Shown: piece after piece, positions 13,389 to 24,769 of the stretch | How the letters are laid out: each line of letters starts with the position of its first letter | Numbering within the stretch: the first letter of the stretch is position 1 | Assembly: GCA_951406725.2 (NCBI GenBank) | Contig: OX597832.1 | Coordinates: 23,374,001-23,438,000 of the forward strand | Reading direction: 5' to 3' | From: Octopus vulgaris | Taxonomy: Eukaryota | Length of the DNA: 64,000 bases | Translations under genes and position numbers: made by a program | Notes under the pieces: model-generated | What the model was told of the DNA's origin: nothing | The model's database searches: none | What the model saw: the letters and a program-made list of their open reading frames with translations, nothing else

Positions 13389-13710
13389 GGGAACTTATTA
13401 GATCTGAATAATTTTAGAATCAAAATATGTTTCTTTTTTTTTCAATTAAATTTATCGATTTCTGCCTATCATTATGGTAAAATAAAAATATAAATCTAAA
13501 AAACTGATTTATTGGCAATAAATTTCCAGTATGTCGTTTCCACCCGTCTGAGACTTGAAGATTCTGTTACATTTAATTTCATTTTCAGATTTAAGTAAAT
13601 GTGTAAATCAAAATGATATCATATATTATTACCATTTCGTCATGATTGTAAATACAATAATTAATTATTTATGACTACTTAAGATGGTACCACGATAAAA
13701 CACACATGTA

Positions 13711-13756
<46 letters not shown>

Positions 13757-13780
13757 TATATATATATATATACATGTCTC

Positions 13781-13816
<36 letters not shown>

Positions 13817-14189
13817 AATGTCTATATATATATATATATCTGTACGTGCATGTATATATGTATATATCCATATGTATTTTATGTGTAAGTGCAGGCGTAT
13901 ATATATATATGTATGTATTATGTGTATATGTATGCTTGCATGTATACATGTATGTATATATTTATGTATGTTTGTATGTATGCATATATGTATGCATGCA
14001 TATATGTATAAGTATATATATTACAAATACAAACACATACACACAATATATTTATTTGCATTTACAATATATTTACATTAGTAAATAGACAGACAGACAG
14101 ACAGACATACAGACAGACAGACAGACATACATATAAATAGATAGATAAAGAGACAGACAAACAGACAGACAGACGGATAGGCAGGCAGG

Positions 14190-14264
<75 letters not shown>

Positions 14265-15036
14265 GTATAGTGGTCAGATAAGAAAACTTGAAGTGAGAGA
14301 CATGTTTTGTTAGTTAACAGCTGTTTCGCAGTCATGTTAGATACATAATATACGTTATATAACTATACACACCTATATAAAATTTATATAACATATAAAT
14401 ACATACATACATATATCCATACACATACATTCATAACTCTACACACATATATATGTACATACATATATATATATATATGCACACTTATAGATGTGCGTGT
14501 AGGCGTGTGATTCTATGTAATTCGTGGGAGAGACAGTGACATATATTGAAATATAATTTTTTAATGATGACACACAGATGCAAACACACACAAACAAATA
14601 AACACGCACACACAAACACACAGACACAAACACACAGCCAGACACATATATGTAAGAAAATATTGACATTCAATCAACTTTCCTTTAATTTCATATCCGT
14701 CTCCTGTCTGCGACTAAATAAATTTGTTTATACTTTACATCCTTTTATTGTCTAAATACTGCGTAAATCAAATTCTGATGAAAAAATATTGCTATAATAT
14801 CTTGTTAATTGTAAATATATTCCGATATGCCAAAAGATATCGAAACACACGGGGAAACTTAATTAACCTAGATCGAGAATGAAGTGAGTAGGATTAACAT
14901 CCTACGGTATGAATCGTAGTATTCCTTTGGCCACATTCAAATCCGAGGTCAAAACCCACCTAACTCAGCATTGCATGCCAACTTCTCTCGAGGGTGAATA
15001 ACAAAGTACCAATCCAGATATGGGAAAATAATTCGC

Positions 15037-15412
15037 ATTTCTGTATTTCCCGCAAGGAGCTAAACATAGAGGAGACAAACAAGGACAGACAAAGGGATTA
15101 AGTCGATTATATAGACCCCAGTGCGTAACTGGTACGCACTGGGGTCGATATAATCGACTTAATCCGTTTGTCTGTCCATGTTTGTCTCCTCTATGTTTAG
15201 CCCCTTGCGGGTAGTAAAGAAATAGGTATTTCGCCCGTCGCTACGTTCTGAGTTCAAATTCTGCCGAGGTCGACTTTGGCTTTCATCCTTTCGGGGTCGA
15301 TTGAATAAGTACCAGTTACGCACTGGGGTCCAAGTTATGGAATTAATCTCTCTGTCTGTTCTTGTGTGTCTCCTCTATGTTTAGCCCCTTGTGGGCAATA
15401 AAGAAATAAGAA
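15037..15412. mobile_element. SINE family B: head-to-head inverted tail pair plus a further + strand copy
   Basis: 15037-15128 is the reverse complement of 15134-15223; 15225-15412 is another partial copy. Confidence 0.85.
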
Positions 15413-15483
15413 ATAAGGTGAAATATTTCGTTTAACATGACATATATCCAAGATAAGCTAATGCATTAATTCCTTCTCTACAG

Positions 15484-15607
15484 GTACATAGCCATCCGGT
15501 ATCCTCTTAAAGCTAAGTACCTCTGTACTTTAGTCCACGCCAAAATTGTCATCTTCTGTACTTGGTTCCTCTCGCTCTTCATGGCTATTCCTATTCTATT
15601 TGGACAG
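15484..15607 (+). CDS. Class A GPCR, exon B (ERY-ICL2-TM4)
   Basis: Acceptor ccttctctacag|G and donor CAG|gtttgt. Translates (R)YIAIRYPLKAKYLCTLVHAKIVIFCTWFLSLFMAIPILFGQ. Completes ERY in phase with exon A and has the TM4 Trp and Pro. Confidence 0.93.
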
Positions 15608-15650
15608 GTTTGTATCAAATTCTTAATTTTCTGTAGTTCTGTCATTGTTT

Positions 15651-15705
<55 letters not shown>

Positions 15706-15774
15706 TACAAGCATACATAAAATGCATATTTATATATGTACACATGTATGTATTCTCATAAATCTGTATATTTG

Positions 15775-15810
<36 letters not shown>

Positions 15811-16139
15811 AAAAAATACAAACTGGGACAAGAACGCAAAACATTTAGAAGACGATACAAAAAACACGGACGGGACATTCGAAGCCTTCAACCTTCAGTC
15901 AAGAACCGGATCATCCTCGCAATTTCGGCTGCTATAGTCTTTCATAGTTTACTTGCTTTAATCATTTCATTGTTGTCATTTGGTGAGCCTAGAGCGACAC
16001 AAACACACCACACACAAACACACACACACAAACACACACACACACGCATACACACACACAGACATATATTTGTATATACATACATACATGTATACACATG
16101 CATACACACACAGACACATATATACATGCATGTATACAC

Positions 16140-16183
<44 letters not shown>

Positions 16184-16839
16184 GTATATATATTTATATA
16201 TATATATATACATATGGGTGAGTAATGGAGATAATACTTGCAGCGTTCCCTTTATATATCCAACCTATCGTTGTTTCACACAATTATGAATACAAAAAAT
16301 ATCAGAACAATATGCAATCTTTTTACCATATCTGCAACTGTTCTTATGTATACAATAACGTCTTAATAACACTAACACCTCCCCGTCGTATTCTCAGACA
16401 CCACTACTAACACCACAACAATTGCAGTGATCACATGTCTGTCATGATGACATGTCAGCGGAGCGATGCGTGGGATGAGTCTAGTTTCCTTTGAAACGAA
16501 AGCAAATAACACTTTCCGTCATCTGCTTTCCACACTTAGCAATTTCTTCTTGCCTAGCTGAAATGACAAACATAACTTAAAGAAATGTATATATTCTAAT
16601 GAACGATAATGTTTTACTGTTCTCTTCGCAAATTTAAAAGTCATTTGTCTTAACTCCAGTTAAATTTAACGAGAATTTAACGATCTATGAACGGACACTT
16701 CTTGCATTGCAACGTTATATTTCGCTATTTTATAAACAACATAGAATCAAGCGTTATCGCTTGTTGCTTCCATTAAACTGCATTACGTTAATTAATCGGA
16801 TTTTCCTGTGTAAAGTCAATTCAATGATATTTATTTCAG

Positions 16840-17042
16840 CAACTTGTCGAAGTCGGATATTTCATGAAAGGTTATTTGTGTATCAAGGAATGGTCAACGC
16901 CAGAGATGAGTAAATTATATGAACTCTACATGTTCTTTATAATGCTCGTTATTCCAACATGTGTAATGATTGTGGCCTATTCTGGTATTTACTGTGAAAT
17001 GGTTAGTGTTACAGCGCGGAGAGCAGACATGAGAACTGGCAG
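16840..17042 (+). CDS. Class A GPCR, exon C (ECL2-TM5)
   Basis: Acceptor ttatttcag|C and donor AG|gtaagt. Translates QLVEVGYFMKGYLCIKEWSTPEMSKLYELYMFFIMLVIPTCVMIVAYSGIYCEMVSVTARRADMRTG, with the ECL2 Cys and TM5 P..Y. Phase 0 in, phase 2 out. Confidence 0.93.
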
Positions 17043-17117
17043 GTAAGTTAACAGTTGGAATATATTAATCACACGTACTGTCCAAGTTTATAGCGGAAAT
17101 TTATAACATCGATCATT

Positions 17118-17870
17118 AAGGCGGCGAGTGAGGACATTTAGGGCGTCAGACAAAATGCTTAGCGGTATTTCTTAGCGGCGAGCTGGCAGAAACGTTAGCA
17201 CGCCGGGCGAAATGCGTAGCCGTATTTCGTCTGCCGTTATGTTCTGAGTTCAAATTCCGCCGAGGTCGACTTTGCCTTTCATCCTTTCGGGGTCGATAAA
17301 TTAAGTACCAGTTACGCACTGGGGTCGATGTAATCGACTTAATACCTACGTCTGTCCTTGTTTGTCCCCTCTGTGTTTAGCCCCTTGTGGGTAGTAAAGA
17401 AATAGGTATTTCTTTATATATAAGACAGGTGAAATGCTTAGGAGTATTTCGTCTGTCGCTACGTTCTGAGTTCAAATTCTGCCGAGGTCGACTTTGCCTT
17501 TCATCCTTTCGGGGTCGATTAAATAAGTACCAGTTACGAATATTATCGTTTATTATCGAATTATTTTTGTTTGTCCTTGTTTGTCCTCTCTGTGTTTAGC
17601 CCCTTGTGGGTAGTAAAGAAATAGGTATTTCTTTATATATAAGGCGGCGAGCTGGCAGAAACGTTAGCACGACGGGCGAAATGCTTAGCAGTATTCCATC
17701 TGCCGTTACGTTCTGAGTTCAAATTCCGCCGAGGTCGACTTTGCCTTTCATCCTTTCGGGTTCGATTAAATAAGTACCAGTTGATATAATCAACTTAATC
17801 CGTGTGTCTGTCCTTGTTTGTCCCCTCTGTGGTTAGCCCCTTGTGGGTAGTAAAGAAATAGGTATTTCTT
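17118..17870 (+). mobile_element. Nested/tandem cluster of SINE family B (three younger copies inside an older one)
   Basis: Repeats of ggcggcgagctggcagaaacgttagcacgccgggcgaaatgc...gagttcaaattccgccgaggtcgactttgcctttcatcctttcggggtcgat...ccccttgtgggtagtaaagaaatag. Confidence 0.9.
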
Positions 17871-17989
17871 TATATTCTGACTACAAATACTTCATAGAGT
17901 TCAACCTTGTTTTTCATTATCGGTGTCGTTAAAATATAATTCAACCCTGTACTGGGAACCGTGTGATTGACTAAAGCCTCCCTTTAAAA

Positions 17990-18323
17990 TTGGTTCCGGT
18001 TTCAGTCCCCCTGCGTGGCACCTTGGGCAAGTGTCTTCTACCATAGCCTTGTGAGTCGATTTGGTAGATGGAAACTGAAAGAAGCCGTCGTATATATGTA
18101 TATATTTATATGTATGTGGGTACATGTTTGTGTGTCTGTGTTTGTGCCCCCAACATCGCTAGACAACCGATGCTGGTGTGTTTACGTCCCCGTAACTTGG
18201 TGGTTCGGCATAAGTGACCGATAGAATAAGTACGAGGCTTCTGGGGTCGATGTGCTCGACTAAAGGCGGTGCTCTAGTATGACCGCAGTCAAATAACTGA
18301 AACAAGTAAAAGAGTAAAAGAGT
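17990..18323 (+). mobile_element. SINE family A copy (5'-truncated)
   Basis: Matches the family A body and tail. Confidence 0.85.
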
Positions 18324-18390
18324 ACTCTGTTCATCCACGGTTACGATAACATAATCCACTGTACTTTAGTTATGTACATTATTATTAAGA

Positions 18391-18439
18391 TAGGAGATGG
18401 TATTAAAAGGTTCCGGGAAGTTTTTGATACCACCTCGTA
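18391..18439. mobile_element. Collapsed mariner-like TIR pair (49 bp)
   Basis: taggagatggtattaaaaggttcc g ggaagtttttgataccacctcgta: two abutting imperfect inverted repeats with TA ends. Confidence 0.5.
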
Positions 18440-20097
18440 TTCAGCAAGAGGGCCTGCAGGCAGTATCGTTAGCATGTCGGGTAATATTCCTAGCGGTATT
18501 TCTTTCGACTCATTCCGCTCAGTGTTCAAATTATGCAGTGCCAACTTTGCCTTTCATCCTCTCAAGGTCGATAAAAAATTATCTGTCGAGTACTGGACTC
18601 GATACAATAGACTAAACTCCTTCACACTGGCTTTGTAGGAAATTAGGAAACAATCTTTAAAATATTCAGCGATGAACAGTGTTTTGTAGTACTTGCTCCG
18701 GCACTTTACGTTCTGAGATCAACTTTGATGTTCAACCTTCCATGGGAGTTCAATAAAGTACCGACTACGTACTTTAGAAGTACGCTTAATGCCTGGCATT
18801 TTACTAAAGTAGAGACACACTTAAGACATTTTTCACAGTACAGAGTCAGCTTCTTGTTTCACAAAATTAAAGACAATTAACAACAGTATTCCATAAGAAC
18901 AATACAAGAACACATTAATTAAAACATCAATTAATGTGTCTGTATTGGAAGCGTACTTCTAAGCGCAAGAATCTGTACTTTTCAAGTAGTTTTTAGTTTG
19001 CGAGCTCTGATTTTGTGGAGGCTGAATCATAAAAGTTTTACTGCTGATACAGCCCTCTCTCTCCTTAATTTTCTCTCTTACGTCCGCTCCCTCCTTCTCT
19101 CTAATCGTTTATTTTTTCTTGAATGGAAATTTTGCCTAAACATCTAAAATTTTAAATATCAATTTCTCATGAATAAATGACGTCCATTTTAAACTAAGTG
19201 ATTGCACTTAATTTTTTTCTGCCATACTTCAACTAAGCTCCTTAGAAACGCCAAATGATTATGTAAAATGATTACTTCAACATAAAGGACAGCATTATAA
19301 TTCGGGGAAAAAGCTACTAAACTAAGAATTTCACTACATTTCACTGCATAATTAAACCATATAATTAGTAGTTATTTGGTTTAATTAGGAAGAGGAACTA
19401 GCATTTTAAGTAAAGGGAAATGCCTGAATGGCATCGTGACTGAAGAGGTGGTAGGGCTTTAAATCGGGATATTTAGCACCGTTGTTAGGCGCTAGGCATT
19501 TTATGGTCGAGAAGGTTTATAATGAAAGACAAACAAATCGAAGAGAATTATGGTCAAATTTGAATTGAGAGCATTCCATCCGCAACCATTTCGGCTTTTA
19601 ATTTCACTTCATTGTATCTAGGATACCCAAGGACTCGTTCGCTTACTTTTAAAGACAATAGAGCATAATATAAAACATATTTGGCAGATTTTTTTAAGAA
19701 GCTGATCCATCACTTTAAGAAGCTTGTTGGCAACATATGATAGTCTAAAACGACCCATTGTACGTGGATAACTAGTAAGTCGGATATAGGACATAAAGTT
19801 TTTAGCTGAGTGTTTATTCTGTCGGTATATTTTGTCGAACCACCAGATTACGGGGATGGATATATGAACGCAAGCTTCTTCCAGTTTCCGTCTACCAAAT
19901 CAACTCACAAGAGTTTAGCCGAACCGAAGATATAGTTGAAGACAATCGCCGAAAGTGGCATAAAGTGAGACTGAACCCGAAACTATGTGGTTGAGAAACA
20001 AACTTCATCCCACACGGTTACGTATGCGCCTATTTGCTACCCAGGTATCGGTTAATTCGAATTATCCTTAATAAGATAATTCATTCGACTACTCAAA

Positions 20098-20145
<48 letters not shown>

Positions 20146-20217
20146 ATAGGGGGCAACAAACGTAAAGGCGAGAAAAATTTCTCAAGTCATATACGTTATT
20201 ATTATTGGAAATATATA

Positions 20218-20367
20218 TAGGCGCAGGAGTGGCTATGTGGTAAGTAGCTTGCTTACCAGCCACATGGTTCAGGGCCCAATTCCACTGCGTAGCACCTTGG
20301 GCAAGTGTCTTCTACCAAATCCTCGTGAGTGGATTTGATAGAAGGAAACTGAAAGAAGCCCGTCGTA

Positions 20368-20431
<64 letters not shown>

Positions 20432-20651
20432 TGTCTGTATTTGTGTGTCTGTGCTTGTCCCCTCCTCAACATCGCTGACAACCGATGCTGGTGTGCTTTT
20501 ATCCCCGTAACCTAGCGGTTCAGCAAAAGAGACCGATAGAATAAGTACTAGGCTTACAAAGAATAAATCCTGGGGGTCGATTTGGTCGACTAAATGCGGT
20601 GCTCCAGCATGGCCACAGTCAAATGACTGAAACAAGTAAAAGATTAAAGAG
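20218..20651 (+). mobile_element. tRNA-derived SINE family A, full-length copy
   Basis: Head ggcgcaggagtggctatgtggtaag with A/B-box-like motifs, internal (TA)n(TG)n and tail ggtgctccagcatggccacagtcaaatgactgaaacaagtaaaaga. More than 12 copies in the window. Confidence 0.9.
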
Positions 20652-21181
20652 TATGTGTGTATGTGTGCGTGTGTGTCTGTGTGTGTATGCGTGTGTGTAT
20701 ATGTGCGTGTGTGTGTGCGTGTGTGTATATATTCGTGTGTGTGTGTGTGCGTGTGTGTAATCATGTCTGTAGTAGTAAACAGATGGATATTCCCATATAT
20801 TTCTGTGTGACACAGTCATTTGAGATTAGTAAAAATTCTCGCAAGAGAACATTATTTCGGCACTAAATCTGCAGCATAAATCAGAAACCATCAACGCAAC
20901 CAAATTATCACCAATTCATTTACGGCCATTCAGCATGCAAATGTTTTACATCAAAGATATCTAATTCCCGAGGTTAACCATTAAATTTAAAATTCAAATA
21001 GAAGGAATTTCTGTATTGATTAGCGAAATAAATTCTTTGTCAATGTAAGGAAAATATTTCTGCGTCTAAAGCCTCTTGCGAAGGGTTCAGAAAATAAAAT
21101 GACGATGAAGAGTGTTGATATAAAGATATGAAAGGCTGATTTAAGACACGAACTTTTTTTAAATTACAGACTAATTTACGT

Positions 21182-21229
<48 letters not shown>

Positions 21230-21233
<4 letters not shown>

Positions 21234-21412
21234 ATCCAAACAAGAAAGCACAAAAAAACACAACAACGCAAGGACGTGGAACAAATATAGTATTATTGGA
21301 CGCTCAGCAAAGAAGGAAATGTTTAACGTTTCGAGCGGAGCTCTTCGTCGGAAACATAGGAGAAGGAAAGATTCAGAGAAGGGAAGACAGTGGAAAAAAA
21401 ATTGCCAACGAT
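21230..21412 (-). mobile_element. Short non-autonomous PLE-derived element carrying the 21319-21357 hammerhead
   Basis: Pyrimidine-rich leader, then the ribozyme motif, then a downstream ctgagcg...taata block shared with the 10081 and 41800 copies. The 3' end abuts (TA)n. Confidence 0.6.
21319..21357 (-). ncRNA. Minimal type-I hammerhead ribozyme motif (U4C variant)
   Basis: Minus strand: AUGUUU CCGACGA A GAGC-UCC-GCUC GAAA CG UU AAACAU. Perfect 6-bp stem I, 4-bp stem II, palindromic ACGU stem III. Confidence 0.7.
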
Positions 21413-22252
21413 GGGTAAATTGTTGCCATATTACATTTTTTAAATTTCACGCATGAGCATTGTTTGCTTTTGGTTTTGTCGACTACACAGTATAGCAGGG
21501 TCAGTTGGGCACCGTCTGTGAGAAAAACAGCACCAAGATGCAATTCACTCTGCCAGATATTTGGAAACGACATGTTTTAATGCTTGGCAAATGCACCGTA
21601 AGCTCCAATACGAACATTTCAGTGCCTGAGGACAGTGCAATCTGAGGACATGTACCAGGAGTGATAAAAACCAAACATTCAGTCTACAGCATGGTGTTTG
21701 GCGTGAACACTAGTGATGGCGACGTTATGCCACCTTTCATCATCCCACACGGACTCACACTCAACACCTACATCAAGTTTCTGGAGGAGGTAGTGCTACC
21801 CTGGATCAAGTGGATGGCTGCTGGAACACCGTATGTCTGGCAAAAGGACTCTGCACCATGCCATACAGGCAGGAGAATCCAGTCATCGCTGTCAGATAAT
21901 TTCTGCCACCATATCACCCCTAACATTTGGCCAACAATCTCCCCTGCCTGCTACCCACTTCGTTATTATGTGTGAGAGAGCAACAAACCTCCCTGTAACA
22001 CCATAGATGAATTGAAGGCAAGGATTATGGCAGTATTCATCAACTTGAATAAGGAGACCATCCAGAAGAGTTGCAGGAGATTCCGAAGTCGTCTGGAAAC
22101 CATGGTTGAAACCAATGGCGATTTTATTGAATAAATTTACTCTTTAGTATTTCAAGATATTTTTATGAATTTTGGTAAATATATCTGTTAAAATGAGATG
22201 TCAGTGTTATCTTCATTTTTGCGTAATTTAGATGATAATTTATTCACCGCAC

Positions 22253-22256
<4 letters not shown>
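21412..22256 (+). mobile_element. Internally deleted Tc1/mariner element, DD37D (maT)-type transposase relic
   Basis: ORF 21661-21975: MVFGV...MPPF...YVWQKDSAPCHT...WPTISPACYPLRYYV. There are 37 residues between the second D and the (mutated) third catalytic position. TIR-like end ...ttattcaccgcacactg. Confidence 0.82.
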
Positions 22257-22321
<65 letters not shown>

Positions 22322-23084
22322 GTGTGTGTGTGTATAAACATAAATTCTTAAATACATACAAATGTATACACACACTCAATTATGTGTGTGTATTATGTCC
22401 ATTTGTGTATCATATTCAATGTAAATACATAGTGAAAAATCAAGTTTACTGCAGCGTCTGTCTGGAGATAAAATTTCTTATCGACATAATGTATTTAAAA
22501 CCATAATATATAACGACAACACACGAAACTTGTCTATCATCGGTCAGTGAGAATACCAGACACGAATTTCTGAATCATTGCACTTTATCAGTAACATGGA
22601 CTCACTGTCAACCGTATGCTTAAACAAAATACGCAACTACGGGTATGCGTAAACAGTGATTGATCAATCATTGCTATTTTAATCAGGCGACGACTTCCAA
22701 CGCGATTGAAATAAAGGAGAATTGTTTGTTCTTTGTTAGTGTACCTCATGGACAATCTCATTGGACAATCATGCAAACCATGACAGTTTGCTTGCTGTAT
22801 GAAATCTATTATATGAGGAAAGCGATGAATTGGTCGTGAATGGGGACAAAAGGACTTTGCCAAATGTAGCTGACTGATCGATTGATTGAACGATTAATCA
22901 AAGAATCGATTAGTTACTTGGTTTAATCTTTATGGACACTGTATAGAATGTCTTGTTGTCATTGCGTTAACCCACAGCAATCTGAGTTCAACGTCCGACG
23001 ATGTAAACTTTGCATTTTACAAATGAAATAAAGACTGAATTTGCTTTTTCATTCTTTCCTGTCATTTTATATCCTCTTTCTTTA

Positions 23085-23530
23085 AGGCCACGAGATGGCG
23101 GAAACTTTAGCACGCCGGGTGCAATACTTAGCGGTTTTCGTCTGCCGTTGCGTTCTCAGTTCAAATTACGTCGAGGTCGACTTCGCCTTTCATACTTTCG
23201 GGGTCCATAAATTAGGACCCAGTTGCGTACCGGAGTCGATCTAATCGACTGGCACCACCCCCCCAAAAAAAAAAAATTTCGGGTCATGTGCCTAGAGTAG
23301 AAATGATCCTTTAAAGAAGGCCACGAGCCGGCAGAAACGTTAGCACGCAGGACGAAATGCCTAGCGGTATTTCGTCTGTCTTTACGTTCTCAGTTCAAAT
23401 TCCGCCGAAGTCGACTTTGCCTTTCATCTTTTCGGGGTCGATAAATTACGTACTTGCTGCGTACTGGAGTCGATCTAATCGACTGGCCCGCTTCCCCCAA
23501 AATTTCGGACCTCATGCCTAGAGAAGAAAA
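23085..23530 (+). mobile_element. Two tandem SINE family B-related copies (alternative tail)
   Basis: Family B head and core with tail gtcgatctaatcgactggc...cccaaaatttcgg...cctagag. Confidence 0.82.
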
Positions 23531-23660
23531 GTATATTCCCTGACTTGATCTCTCTCTACCACACTGTTATCTCTTCTTCTCCCTCTATCTTCGCCTCTCT
23601 CTATCTTCCCCCTCCGTCTTCTTCTTTCTGGCTTTCTCTCTCTCTCCCTCTCTCCCTCTC

Positions 23661-23701
<41 letters not shown>

Positions 23702-24188
23702 GACTCTCTCAAATTGCTACATAATCTCTTCAACAAGAAGGAGAGTAGAATTATATATTATTATTATATTATGAACCTACTTAACACGTTATTTCATTAT
23801 ACTGAATGGTTCGGCGACTACTTGGCTTCATTAAAACGGTGTTCATCAGAATTATAAGTAGGGGGAAATGCATTACAACGGAAGGAATAATTTCCAAACA
23901 AAAATTAAATATAAACTAGAGAGACCACGTACAGCGCACACTACTCCAGTTAATGAAGAATCAGGTGAAGAAGCAGAAATTTCTCGTAGAAAAAAATGAT
24001 TTGAGCTTCTCCAACTGTCTATGTCTTTATGTGTTGTACATGAAAAACAGCCTACGGTCATGAAAGGTGGGGCGTCCATTGGCTGCTAACGTAGTTTTAT
24101 ATAGGTAATGGCCGTGACAAATATTTATGGTGAAGGCGGGAAGGCCTTTAATAATGTACCTAGACACACATATATATGTATTGATATA

Positions 24189-24221
<33 letters not shown>

Positions 24222-24225
24222 TTTC

Positions 24226-24270
<45 letters not shown>

Positions 24271-24453
24271 TTCATATATATGTATATATATATAAACACA
24301 CACACACATATGTATATATACACATATATATATGTGTATATAATTTAGAGAAAAACCACTATTAAAAAATTCAATAAAGAAAGATGTTATTTAGACCTAT
24401 ATAAATCCTTATTTTAAATCAATAAAGTACAATAAATAGTAAATAGTAATAAA

Positions 24454-24488
24454 AGACTACGTACGTTTCATGACTATATTTTCAAATA

Positions 24489-24564
<76 letters not shown>

Positions 24565-24633
24565 TCAATTCGATTCCAAATTAAATCAAACTAAAATCAA
24601 TTCTATTTAAGAATATAGTCACTCATCAGGTCT
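24454..24633 (-). ncRNA. Type-I hammerhead ribozyme motif with canonical core and long loop II
   Basis: Minus strand: AGAC CUGAUGA GUGACUAUAUU ...(about 130 nt incl. (UUA)n)... AAUAUAGUCAU GAAA CGUACG UA GUCU. Stem II is 11 bp, stem III is palindromic ACGUACGU, the cleavage triplet is GUA and stem I is 4 bp. Confidence 0.78.
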
Positions 24634-24769
24634 AAAATAATAATAAAAAATAATAGAATAAATGCACTTATCTTAACTGATACTAATTATCAAAAAATAC
24701 GCGTATTAACTATAAATAATCGAAAAACATTTAAGAATATTTCTTAATATATAACTTATCTTGTCGAAT

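Noticed and set aside
14775-14860. CTGATGA ... CGAAAC possible hammerhead
   Set aside because: No complementary stem I or properly positioned stem II could be formed.
17118-17870. Regularly recurring repeats suggesting a CRISPR-like array
   Set aside because: Units are about 230-bp SINE copies in eukaryotic DNA with no unique spacers and no cas genes.
22680-22870. Possible extra GPCR exon in unique intronic sequence
   Set aside because: All frames hit stops after the candidate acceptors or need weak donors, and exons C and D already join in phase.
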